DNA of 25,434 nucleotides from a virus. Its lineage: Duplodnaviria; Caudoviricetes. Positions 15,927 through 24,882 of the stretch are shown in pieces. A program made the position numbers and the translations under genes. The notes beneath the pieces are model-generated. The model did not search any database. It worked only from the letters and a program-made list of their open reading frames with translations, and was not told the origin of the DNA. The stretch is from positions 1 to 25,434 of IMG/VR virus record IMGVR_UViG_3300043772_002964. The stretch is one strand, 5' to 3'. Numbering within the stretch: the stretch's first letter is position 1; every line of letters begins with the position of its first letter.

Positions 15927-16739
15927 TTATTGAAGTAATTGGTAAAACTCTTTAAAGTGTTTTATACGGTCATTCAACCCGATAGTTCCCCCATTCACTC
16001 TTCTTGTTACTGCCGTCACGGTAGCATCATCAGAACCTTTATCACAAATAGACCAAAGGTTATTACTATTAAAGAAAAACGCTGCAGATGCTAATGGATA
16101 TTTTGATGCAACCAAATCAGGATTTGTAACACAATCTTCACCGATAAATTTAGTGAAGTTTTTATAATTGTCTTTTCCTGTCAATTGTATAAAACCGCGG
16201 CCACGGAATTTAAACCCTTCTTTTGAGGATTCATCGCCATTACCCATTCTACCACCGTAAACTCTTGATGCGATTTTTTCAGGTTGTCTAGCATATGATT
16301 CAGCTAAATTACTTGGAAAGTATTTACCGAAAATCTTTTTAAGACCATCTACCGAATAATTTAAATTCTCATTTACGATTTTAAAGCCTCCACTTTCGTG
16401 AGAACACTGAGCCAAAAAATGAGCCAATCTTAAATTATTTGTTATGTTAAATTTAGAAGCTGTTTCAGGTATTTGAGCCAAAACTGAATCAGGAACATGA
16501 CCTTTAAGTTTTGATATATTCAATCCACTCACAGGTTGAATTACAACATCTTCCTTAATTAGGACCCCAAGTTTCGACAAAGTTGTCGGACCCGCAACTC
16601 CATCAGGAGTTATCCCGTTTTTAGTTTGCCATTCTTTTAATGTTTTTTCTGTTTTAGGACCGAAATCACCATCTGCGGTTAAACCTAATTTTTCTTGTAG
16701 TAATTTTACATCATTACCTTTCATTCCGATTTTTAACAT
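15927..16739 (-). CDS. Modular endolysin: peptidoglycan-binding domain plus GH19 catalytic domain
   Basis: VKLLQEKL..ADGDFGPKT..DGVAGPTT (PG_binding_1); FLAQCSHESGGF, FRGRGFIQLTGKDNY, VNGGTIGLNDR (GH19). Confidence 0.93.
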   Translation of the reverse strand: MLKIGMKGNDVKLLQEKLGLTADGDFGPKTEKTLKEWQTKNGITPDGVAGPTTLSKLGVLIKEDVVIQPVSGLNISKLKGHVPDSVLAQIPETASKFNITNNLRLAHFLAQCSHESGGFKIVNENLNYSVDGLKKIFGKYFPSNLAESYARQPEKIASRVYGGRMGNGDESSKEGFKFRGRGFIQLTGKDNYKNFTKFIGEDCVTNPDLVASKYPLASAAFFFNSNNLWSICDKGSDDATVTAVTRRVNGGTIGLNDRIKHFKEFYQLLQ

Positions 16740-16755
16740 AACTTAAATTTTATTT

Positions 16756-16793
16756 ATAAATATTTCGCCATTATGAAATTTTTAAATATTTAT
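16756..16793. promoter_or_regulatory. Divergent ATATTTAT motifs for the endolysin and the kinase operon
   Basis: Minus copy 16756-16763 (16 nt from endolysin ATG), plus copy 16786-16793 (17 nt from kinase ATG). Confidence 0.55.
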
Positions 16794-16810
16794 TGAAAAA
16801 ATAATACTTA

Positions 16811-18592
16811 ATGACAAAGTTTCAAAGAAGAAGCATTTACTTATCTGCCTTAATTACGATATTATTCCTCTTTTACAAATACTCACTAACGGCGGGTATA
16901 ATTACGCACAATAGATATACTGATTTATTTGAAGTTATTTATTTCCTAACGACATCGGTTATAACATTTAAATTGTTTCACGGCTTAATTACTAGAAATA
17001 GGAAATACGAACAAACCCAACTTAATTCAAAGAAGTTTAATGAGGTGTTATTAAACCAATCATACAACCCTGATTATTATAGTGGAGATATTAATCAGGC
17101 GGCAAAAACTATGACCAGAGAAGCGGTTGATACGTTGGATGCCGATAGATGTTCAGTATGGTTATATAATAAAAGCAGATCGTCGATAACTTGTGTCGAA
17201 TTATATGTGAAATCTGAACTATTATGGTATCAAGATATAAAATTATATAAAAAAGATTATAAACCTTATTTCGATTATATTGAAGTTAACCCAATAATCA
17301 TAGCAAATGATGCGGAGACCCACCCCGCAACAGAATGTTTTACCGAGACATATTTAAAACCTTTAGGTATAAAATCTATGTTGGATGTTCCGATAATATA
17401 CAAGGGTGATGTTTTAGGTGTGGTGTGTATTGAATCATTTGACAAACGTGAATGGACCACCGAGGAACTTAATTTTTCGCAAATGTTATCTTCATTATAC
17501 AGTTTTACACATTCGGTAAATGAGTCAAACAAACTTTCGAATGTTGTTACATCAAAAGAAAATCAAATAATTAACAGGATGAACGCCATAAACCGTTCTA
17601 ATGCGGTTATTGAGTTTGATTTGAATGGTACGGTCCAATTCGCTAATAATATATTTCTAGATTTGATGGGTTATAATTCCGAAGAAATTGTTGGACAACA
17701 CCATAGTATGTTCGTTAGAGATGAAGAAAAAAATTCTAAAGAGTATTCAGATTTTTGGAATAAATTAAAGAAAGGTCAATACTTTTCGGGTGATATTGTT
17801 AGAGTCAAAAAAGATGGTACATTAGTGTATTTAATATCAACATACAATCCTATTGTAAATGAAAACGGTAAAACATATAGGGTAATGAAAATTGCCACAG
17901 ATGTTACATCAAACGTATTACAACAAATAGAAATTGAAAAGAAAAACACTTATTTAGAACATGCGGCAAAAATAATCCGACATGATATGCATTCAGGTAT
18001 TAACACCTATATACCAAGAGGTGTAAGTTCATTAGAAAGACGTTTATCCCCTGATGATATTGAGAAATTGAAGATATCCGCTCCTCTTAAAATGATTAAA
18101 GAAGGATTAATTCATACACAAAAAGTATATAAAGGAGTATACGAATTTACAAATTTAGTTAAAAAAGATGCTATTTTTCATACATCACCTCATGACTTGA
18201 AAGAAATATTAGAAAGTTATTTAACTTCAACATCTTATAAAAGTCAAGTGTTAATTTCTGAACTACCTACGATAGATGTTAATGATTCACTATTTTGTAC
18301 TGCGGTGGATAATTTGATACGTAACGGTCTAAAATATAACGATTCAGACACAAAAGTAATAAAAATATATATGGAATCTGACAACCTATTAATTATTCAA
18401 GATAACGGTAGAGGTATGTCTCAACAAGATTTCGAATATTTATCTAAACCATATGTTAGAAAACAAGATCAAAAAGAAACAGGTACAGGATTGGGGTTAA
18501 ACATTTGTTTAGCCATAATGGAAGAACATGGTTTTAATTTGTATTGTGAGAAAAATGACATAGGTACTAAAATGATAATAAAAATTAAATAA
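16811..18592 (+). CDS. Sensor histidine kinase: 2 TM, GAF, PAS, DHp, HATPase
   Basis: GAF (ADRCSVWLY, GIKSMLDVPI, WTTEE); PAS (AVIEFDLNG, GQHHSMFV, YNPI, ATDVT); H box IIRHDM; N box NLIRNGLKY; G1 DNGRGM; G2 GTGLGL. Confidence 0.95.
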   Translation: MTKFQRRSIYLSALITILFLFYKYSLTAGIITHNRYTDLFEVIYFLTTSVITFKLFHGLITRNRKYEQTQLNSKKFNEVLLNQSYNPDYYSGDINQAAKTMTREAVDTLDADRCSVWLYNKSRSSITCVELYVKSELLWYQDIKLYKKDYKPYFDYIEVNPIIIANDAETHPATECFTETYLKPLGIKSMLDVPIIYKGDVLGVVCIESFDKREWTTEELNFSQMLSSLYSFTHSVNESNKLSNVVTSKENQIINRMNAINRSNAVIEFDLNGTVQFANNIFLDLMGYNSEEIVGQHHSMFVRDEEKNSKEYSDFWNKLKKGQYFSGDIVRVKKDGTLVYLISTYNPIVNENGKTYRVMKIATDVTSNVLQQIEIEKKNTYLEHAAKIIRHDMHSGINTYIPRGVSSLERRLSPDDIEKLKISAPLKMIKEGLIHTQKVYKGVYEFTNLVKKDAIFHTSPHDLKEILESYLTSTSYKSQVLISELPTIDVNDSLFCTAVDNLIRNGLKYNDSDTKVIKIYMESDNLLIIQDNGRGMSQQDFEYLSKPYVRKQDQKETGTGLGLNICLAIMEEHGFNLYCEKNDIGTKMIIKIK

Positions 18593-18603
18593 CCTAACCT
18601 AAA

Positions 18604-19038
18604 ATGATAGAATCAATTTTACTTGTAGACGACGAGGATCTTTTTCACTTAGTTTTTGAAGATGCCTGTTCATTGCTTGAGATAAGTTTATCTCTTAAGT
18701 CAGTTAATAGTTCTGACGAAGCGGCTAAAATGTTTAAACTATGGTATGAAACCAGTAGTAGTGATAAACCTGAATGTGTTTTTGTGGATCTTAATATTAT
18801 AGGTTCTTCTTTTGACGGAATTGAACTTATTAGAAAGATAAATTTTGAGTATGGTAACCACGTTGTTATTGGTATCATATCATCATCTAACGAACCCGAA
18901 GAACAAGCAAAGGCAATACAGGCCGGTGCTCAATTTTGGATTATAAAATCTGACAATATAGAACCGAGATTGGAGGAATTTAAGAAAGATTATGATAATT
19001 ATAAGAATAGAACGGCTCCTTTTAAAATTTACAAATGA
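18604..19038 (+). CDS. Stand-alone response regulator receiver
   Basis: ILLVDDED, phosphoacceptor VFVDLNI, ISSS, AGAQFWIIKS; no output domain. Confidence 0.93.
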   Translation: MIESILLVDDEDLFHLVFEDACSLLEISLSLKSVNSSDEAAKMFKLWYETSSSDKPECVFVDLNIIGSSFDGIELIRKINFEYGNHVVIGIISSSNEPEEQAKAIQAGAQFWIIKSDNIEPRLEEFKKDYDNYKNRTAPFKIYK

Positions 19039-19712
19039 TCTCATTTAATAAACAAACTAAACAACAGTTAATTACCTTATGTAAGACAAGGAATATTTGT
19101 CTTGAGGGGAATATTATTAGGGTTATCGATTATTCCGGTGATACCGAATTTGAACAATATATTAAAACTTGTTTAGATAAAGATAAAGAGGTTAGAAAGA
19201 AGAGATTAGAGATTACCAAACAAGTACAGTCTAAAAATAATGAGTTAATCGATTTAAATAAGGAAAATGAGAGAATAATGCAAGAACTACGAAGTAGTTT
19301 AAAATCTGTCGAAGAGTCTAGGGTAAATTTTGAAGTTCAAAATAAGGAATTAACCTTATGGAAAGAAGAAAATGAAAAGATAAGTTTAGAATTACAACAA
19401 GAAATGTTAAAGTCGGAACAGGCTAGAATAGAAGCGGAAAACGCTAAAAAAACGGCTGAAAACGATTTAGATGTATTGCAAAAAAGAACTCAAACTCAAT
19501 TAATAGAAAGAATAGTTAAAGTTTCATTAGGGGTTATTATGACAGTAGGTGTTATAACAACCTTGATGTATGTGATTGCGTTATTTAATGATAAAGACAC
19601 TCAGATGATAGGTTCTACTTGGTCAAACATGTTAGGTATTTTACTAACAAACGCATTTAGTATTATAGGAACTATTATGGGTGTTAAATACGCATCTAAA
19701 GAAACAGAATGA
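19035..19712 (+). CDS. Coiled-coil protein with two C-terminal TM helices
   Basis: Long E/K/Q-rich heptad region then two hydrophobic segments; ATGA overlap with the receiver gene. Confidence 0.8.
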   Translation: MISFNKQTKQQLITLCKTRNICLEGNIIRVIDYSGDTEFEQYIKTCLDKDKEVRKKRLEITKQVQSKNNELIDLNKENERIMQELRSSLKSVEESRVNFEVQNKELTLWKEENEKISLELQQEMLKSEQARIEAENAKKTAENDLDVLQKRTQTQLIERIVKVSLGVIMTVGVITTLMYVIALFNDKDTQMIGSTWSNMLGILLTNAFSIIGTIMGVKYASKETE

Positions 19713-19713
19713 G

Positions 19714-21345
19714 TTACATGAATTCTGATAATCTATCACTTAAAACATCATTAAAATAACTATTATCAACGTGGGGATAATATCTATCATCAAAATTCCA
19801 TTTTGGTTTATCGAAACCATAATATCCGCGAACTATTTCGTTGAAAATACAACCTGAATCTTCTTCGTCACCACAATTTTCAATTATTTCTTCAAGATCG
19901 CCGTCGGTAAGGTGTTCATCAATAAAAGGTTGCACATCTACTTTAATTTTTGCCCCCTCATCGTTAAGTGATAAAACGGTTCCGTATGTTTCCAGTTTAT
20001 CTTTTAAGTGATCTTGTAATTCGTTAACATAATCCTCAGATTCAGCATCATTTAATGCGGAATATAGTGCCGATTGAACTTCTCCGTCATCATCTAACTC
20101 TTTTATTAGTTCAACTAATTCGTAATCTTCATATTCTGATGGATTATCCGACAAAGATAGTAGATATTCTTTAATTTTACTTTCATTTTCGTTATTAGTA
20201 TGATAATCTATAATTGAATCCAAATCACCACCTTGACTATAATTATCCCATAAAACCCAAGGATCTGTTAATAGAACCTCAAAAAAGTAAATCCTTTTTT
20301 CTCGATTAAAACCTTGGTCGTCTTTCCATCTTCTTGTAGAATAAACAAAATCCCCATTAACATAATCACCAATATCATCAACATCTATCTCTAAAATAAA
20401 TTCACCAAATTTTTTCATTTCAATTAAACCTAACTCTGATAGTTTTTTTCTCAAACTATAAGCGTTAAAAAGTTCAGGTCTGTTTTGGTATAATTCTTTT
20501 ATCGTTTCATTCGGTAAATCAGTTATTTTGAAATCCAAATTTGAGGCGTATTCTGTACCAAAACCTCGTATTAAAAAATCAGGTTGTTCTCTACCACCAC
20601 TTAAATTATAAAATAAAGGTAAAATATATTTATGATATTCTTCTTTTGGTTTTGAATTCTTTGGGCCTTTTAATTGGTATAAAGTACCATCATCATCATT
20701 AATAGATGCAGTTAAATGACTTTTATTGAGGGTGAATTTCCCACCTGGTAGTAATCTAGTTTCTCTTAAAGAATATAAATTATTATCTCTATCAGTTCTA
20801 CCGCAATGACCCATTCTATCACATTCTTCAGGTGAATCATTAGTGTTCAAGTCAACCCAATAGAATCCATACCCATCTTTATCCCTAAAATCTAAAATAA
20901 CACTATTTTTTTCAACATAATTAATGTCACCATCACCGATATCTAATGAGTCGTGCCAGTTTTTCGATACGGCCAGTAACGTGGCAAAAGTATCATCTTT
21001 GTATGTGCCTAAATTACCGTTTAATCCAACTCTAACCCAATCCATTATTGATGTTAGACTCTGTCTATATAAAGAACTAAAACCATTATTTGAATTAATG
21101 TCTCTAATTACATCTTTATCACTAACATTACTCCCATCGACATATCCTCCCTTTAGAAGATCTATTAATTTTTTTAACATTATAACGGATAATCCACCGC
21201 AAGTTCTATCTAAATAATCCGCAATTTCTTCTTTTAAACCTAGTTTATTAACTAAAACATTTTTTTTCGATGCCTCCATTATTAAATTAGGAATACCCAT
21301 AATCTTTTGTATTCTAACTATTTTTGAATCTAAGTTTCTAATCAT
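19714..21345 (-). CDS. Large acidic protein with a PcfJ-like domain
   Basis: WH..L, EC.RMGHCG, LYSLR, HLTA, YQLKGPKNSKP resemble the PcfJ-like E..M.HC / YSLR / Q.KG..N pattern. Confidence 0.6.
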   Translation of the reverse strand: MIRNLDSKIVRIQKIMGIPNLIMEASKKNVLVNKLGLKEEIADYLDRTCGGLSVIMLKKLIDLLKGGYVDGSNVSDKDVIRDINSNNGFSSLYRQSLTSIMDWVRVGLNGNLGTYKDDTFATLLAVSKNWHDSLDIGDGDINYVEKNSVILDFRDKDGYGFYWVDLNTNDSPEECDRMGHCGRTDRDNNLYSLRETRLLPGGKFTLNKSHLTASINDDDGTLYQLKGPKNSKPKEEYHKYILPLFYNLSGGREQPDFLIRGFGTEYASNLDFKITDLPNETIKELYQNRPELFNAYSLRKKLSELGLIEMKKFGEFILEIDVDDIGDYVNGDFVYSTRRWKDDQGFNREKRIYFFEVLLTDPWVLWDNYSQGGDLDSIIDYHTNNENESKIKEYLLSLSDNPSEYEDYELVELIKELDDDGEVQSALYSALNDAESEDYVNELQDHLKDKLETYGTVLSLNDEGAKIKVDVQPFIDEHLTDGDLEEIIENCGDEEDSGCIFNEIVRGYYGFDKPKWNFDDRYYPHVDNSYFNDVLSDRLSEFM

Positions 21346-21661
21346 GTCTAAAATATTCTTTAATTTCTGCGATGTAAAATTTTACATTCCATTTTGCCCC
21401 GTATTTAATAGGTTGAATACTATATACTCTTTCCAATCTATCATAAATATTTTCAGTTAACTCATATTTTTGTGAACGTGTTAAATTATTTTTTAAATTA
21501 TTTATAACAATATTAATCACCGTTATAGTAATGGTTCTCTCTTCTTCAGGTAATTCAGGTGATGACCCTAAATAACTTTGACGTTCAGTAAAGTAAACAT
21601 CCATAATATCAGGATACCTTCTCAAAAAATCAGTTTTAATTACATCTAATATTTTTTTCAT
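21338..21661 (-). CDS. Hypothetical protein
   Basis: 107-aa ORF within the minus-strand operon. Confidence 0.78.
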   Translation of the reverse strand: MKKILDVIKTDFLRRYPDIMDVYFTERQSYLGSSPELPEEERTITITVINIVINNLKNNLTRSQKYELTENIYDRLERVYSIQPIKYGAKWNVKFYIAEIKEYFRHD

Positions 21662-21663
21662 AA

Positions 21664-22815
21664 TTAATACTTAAATTCGCTTTCAATCTGAGTACGCTTA
21701 TTTATTTTTGTATGAAGGTCCCAATCTTTAATTGATTTATTTTTATCATCAATTAATCCAAACACTTTTGATATCTTTTTAATCATCTTTGTTGAGATTT
21801 TTCTCATTCTATCTATCTCATATTCATAGAATTTAATTGGGTCTGATTTGTATTTAGTTACTGTTTTTATAAAATTTTCAAATAACTCTTTTTTATCTCC
21901 TGAAAATCCAAAAAGATTCTCCATGAAATTTTCAGTTAATAACTCATGATATCCTTTTATAATATGATTACCTAAATTAATATATAGTAATTCTAAAACT
22001 CTTTTTATTTTATCCTCATCATTATCATATAAACCCCCCTCACCGACTTCATTTAAAATCTCATTAATTCTTGGCATATGGTTTCTCATATCCTCTATTA
22101 AGTCATCAAATGTTAAATTACTAATACTTTTAAATTTTTTATACACCTCTTGACTTGTAATGAAATCGACAAACTTATCTTTCTCAACGCCAGCTGTTTT
22201 CATTATAGAATGAACCTCACTTGGTCTAACTACATTCTCAACTGCTGTTGTATAGTATAGATTATGTAAAAAAAGATTAATTGGCTGTAACCTAAAGTTA
22301 GTTTTAGTATATCCTACGTACTTAGCTCTTTCTTTAGAACTTTCTGAAGGTTTTTTAGATCCCTCATACCCGTGTTGTAGTTCGTGAGAGAAAGAAGATT
22401 GTATCTCTAATCTATTTTCCACAAGAAATCTATATAAATCAGAGAATTTATTACCCGTTTCCTTTGGTAAGACTATTCTAACCGTTAACTGAATTACATT
22501 AGATTTTTTGGTTATTATATTATATGTCTTAGGATCTAGTGATGAATCATACCCATATGACATACCATAAAAGGTAATGTCATTCACTTCGTTGGTAACA
22601 AATAAGGCTAATGTAATTATTACTTTATCTATTTTAAAATCGGAAATATTCATAGGACCCTTTACAACATAATCGTAATTTTTATTTGGGTCTATTTCCG
22701 TATCTCCCTGATCCTTTACTTGTGAATAAAGGTGATCGGTTATTTTTTTGGATACTATTTCTATGTTTTCAGGTACTCCTAAGGCTTCCTGTATTTTTTG
22801 TTTTCGAATATTCAT
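21664..22815 (-). CDS. HExxH-motif protein, putative zinc metallopeptidase-like
   Basis: FSHELQHGYE plus downstream YYTTAVE; ATATTTAT at 22832-22839 (minus). Confidence 0.55.
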   Translation of the reverse strand: MNIRKQKIQEALGVPENIEIVSKKITDHLYSQVKDQGDTEIDPNKNYDYVVKGPMNISDFKIDKVIITLALFVTNEVNDITFYGMSYGYDSSLDPKTYNIITKKSNVIQLTVRIVLPKETGNKFSDLYRFLVENRLEIQSSFSHELQHGYEGSKKPSESSKERAKYVGYTKTNFRLQPINLFLHNLYYTTAVENVVRPSEVHSIMKTAGVEKDKFVDFITSQEVYKKFKSISNLTFDDLIEDMRNHMPRINEILNEVGEGGLYDNDEDKIKRVLELLYINLGNHIIKGYHELLTENFMENLFGFSGDKKELFENFIKTVTKYKSDPIKFYEYEIDRMRKISTKMIKKISKVFGLIDDKNKSIKDWDLHTKINKRTQIESEFKY

Positions 22816-22841
22816 ATTTTATCTTATTAAGATAAATATTA

Positions 22842-22994
22842 TTATTTCTCCTTTTGTTCTAAATAGGTTTCATCTAAATTTCCTATTTTTTTTAAGTTTT
22901 CGATATCATTATCCGTTATTATCGCAGTTTGACCATCGTCAGACATTGCAATATACGTATTATCATCCAATTTTTCTAAAACTCTAACTTTCAT
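22842..22994 (-). CDS. Small hypothetical protein (50 aa)
   Basis: Hand translation MKVRVLEKLDDNTYIAMSDDGQTAIITDNDIENLKKIGNLDETYLEQKEK fills the gap exactly. Confidence 0.6.
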   Translation of the reverse strand: MKVRVLEKLDDNTYIAMSDDGQTAIITDNDIENLKKIGNLDETYLEQKEK

Positions 22995-23012
22995 ATATAA
23001 TATTTTTTAAAT

Positions 23013-23039
23013 AAAAAACCCCGAATAAATCGGGGTTTT
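23013..23039 (-). terminator. Rho-independent terminator after the PPIase gene
   Basis: AAAACCCCGA (23015-23024)/TCGGGGTTTT (23030-23039). Confidence 0.85.
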
Positions 23040-23042
23040 ATG

Positions 23043-23468
23043 TTACATAACTTCAACGACCTCTAAATCGAAAAATAATTTCTTTCCTGCCAAAGGATGG
23101 TTTGCGTCAAGTACTGCGGTTGTTTCTTTAAGTTCTTTAACTGTAACGTTAAATACCCCTTGAGGTCCGCTGGCTTGCAACATCATACCTTCAAAGATAT
23201 CTTCAGGTAATACTGATTTCTCAACCTCTTGATACATGTCTTCATTTACATCACCATACGCTTCGGTAGGTTCAATTTCAATTGTCTTGGTTTCCCCAAC
23301 TGACATATCAATTAGACCTTTTTCAAAACCAGGAATTAGCTGTCCTTGACCCAAAGTGACAGTTAAAGGTTGTCTACCCTCAACCATAGATGAGTCAAAT
23401 ACTGAACCATCTTCAAATTTACCTGTGTAATTAACTTTTACGGTATCCCCGTTTTCTATTTTTTTCAT
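23043..23468 (-). CDS. FKBP-type peptidyl-prolyl isomerase, SlyD/SlpA-like, no His-rich tail
   Basis: VKVNYTG, GSVFDSS, GQLIPGFE, AYG, DANHPLAGK; ATG 23468 preferred over TTG 23486. Confidence 0.93.
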   Translation of the reverse strand: MKKIENGDTVKVNYTGKFEDGSVFDSSMVEGRQPLTVTLGQGQLIPGFEKGLIDMSVGETKTIEIEPTEAYGDVNEDMYQEVEKSVLPEDIFEGMMLQASGPQGVFNVTVKELKETTAVLDANHPLAGKKLFFDLEVVEVM

Positions 23469-23540
23469 ATTCTTAATTTTTAACAATCATAAAAATAAAA
23501 AATTGTTTTATCAACACATGTTACGATATATTTATTAGTT

Positions 23541-24425
23541 ATGGATATAATAATCAAAGAAAGTCAATTAAATAGGTTGATAGAACAAGTTAAAATTGAC
23601 AAGGTTGAAAAACTTGCCGATGATGTTTATAATGCAACATCAGGAGTTGGTACTGATGAACAAAAAGTATATAACACACTAAGACAAATTAATAATGTTC
23701 GTTTGTTCGTTCAATTTAATACTAAACTCATATCAAAATATAAGGAAAGTTTTTATGAAATCGTAAATGCTACGATGGAATTTACCGAATCTGAAAAAAA
23801 CGAGATCGTTTCAATTTTAAATCAAAATGGTATTCCTCATATAATAAACTCTGAAGGTGATGTTCAATATAACAAACCTAAGATAAATAAACCAAATACA
23901 AATCTACAAAGTGTAAATAACTTATCACCGTCGGAAGAACTTATTAATTTCTTAAAATGTGAAGAAGGTAAGGTGGGATCTAAATGTCAACCTGTGTTAC
24001 AATCATATAGAATACCCGGTGATGTTTGGACCATAGGATGGGGACACACAGGTGAATATGCAAAACCTAAAAGTAAGATTAATCCGACCCAAGCGGAGAA
24101 AATTTTAAGGAGAGATACAAATACCGCTTCGGAATGCGTTAAGAGGATATTTTCAGAATGGCAAAATAAAAATATCAATAGACCCATCACCCAAAGTATG
24201 TTCGACTCATTAACCTCATTAGCATTTAATGCCGGTTGTGGTTCCTTGAGGGGGACTAGTTCTAAAGGAGAACTAATTGATTACGTTAAAGAAGGTAATT
24301 TTGCCGAGGCGGCAAATTTGATAACCAACTTTAACGCAAACAAACCAGGTTTCTCAGGTTTAAAGAAAAGACGAGAGAAGGAAAAACAAATGTTCTGTAA
24401 AGAAGGCGGTTGCCAAAAATCATAA
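23541..24425 (+). CDS. Annexin-like repeat fused to a GH24 phage lysozyme
   Basis: VYNATSGVGTDEQKVY (GxGTDE); EEG..WTIGWGHT, TQSMFDSLTSLAFNAG, GLKKRREKE (GH24); ATATTTAT at 23528-23535. Confidence 0.82.
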   Translation: MDIIIKESQLNRLIEQVKIDKVEKLADDVYNATSGVGTDEQKVYNTLRQINNVRLFVQFNTKLISKYKESFYEIVNATMEFTESEKNEIVSILNQNGIPHIINSEGDVQYNKPKINKPNTNLQSVNNLSPSEELINFLKCEEGKVGSKCQPVLQSYRIPGDVWTIGWGHTGEYAKPKSKINPTQAEKILRRDTNTASECVKRIFSEWQNKNINRPITQSMFDSLTSLAFNAGCGSLRGTSSKGELIDYVKEGNFAEAANLITNFNANKPGFSGLKKRREKEKQMFCKEGGCQKS

Positions 24426-24878
24426 CCATTTAGGTGTATGACCATTTTTCCAAACAAGTAAATCTTTCTTACCTTCCCTGTAATAATTACGATAAGACTC
24501 CACAACATCATCCACTTTATATTCATCAGGCATCGCCTTCGCATATTGAGTCAAACCTATGTCGGGGATATTGGGTTTATTTGACAAACACCATTCTAAT
24601 ACGGATTTACTCTTATGTACTTTACCATATCGTTTTTGGTATTCATCACATAAGGCAAAACCCAAATCATTTAACCATACATAGTTTGAATATGACTCAC
24701 GAGCCCATATTGAACAAGGATGGTTTTTATGACTTAATTTGTAAGGAGCCTCTCCTCCCGAAACCCAATGCACACCACATAAAAGTTGTGACGTTTCCAA
24801 TATCATTTTTACGCAGTGTTTATCGCAATGGTCTTTTGCACACTCGTTCACATCTAAATTTAATACGAAAATATTCAT
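24420..24878 (-). CDS. Pyrimidine-dimer DNA glycosylase / T4 endonuclease V-like protein
   Basis: MNIFVL..A..HCDKH.VKMILE..QLL, HKNHPCSIW, EY..RYGK.H, AMPDEYK, YRNYY; activity not verified. Confidence 0.78.
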   Translation of the reverse strand: MNIFVLNLDVNECAKDHCDKHCVKMILETSQLLCGVHWVSGGEAPYKLSHKNHPCSIWARESYSNYVWLNDLGFALCDEYQKRYGKVHKSKSVLEWCLSNKPNIPDIGLTQYAKAMPDEYKVDDVVESYRNYYREGKKDLLVWKNGHTPKWL

Positions 24879-24882
24879 AGTA

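Noticed and set aside
10950-19038. Bacterial chromosome origin suggested by lemA, TPM and two-component genes
   Set aside because: Surrounded by dense small orphan genes, two lysins and a non-host promoter motif; phage is more parsimonious, although no capsid or terminase gene is in the window
24-24880. Shadow ORFs in the track (e.g. 24-221, 163-396, 433-741, 3213-3506, 4006-4332, 10130-10432, 13154-13471, 17275-17532, 20924-21217, 22748-22987, 24434-24880)
   Set aside because: They overlap better-supported genes antisense or out of frame and show no recognisable motifs
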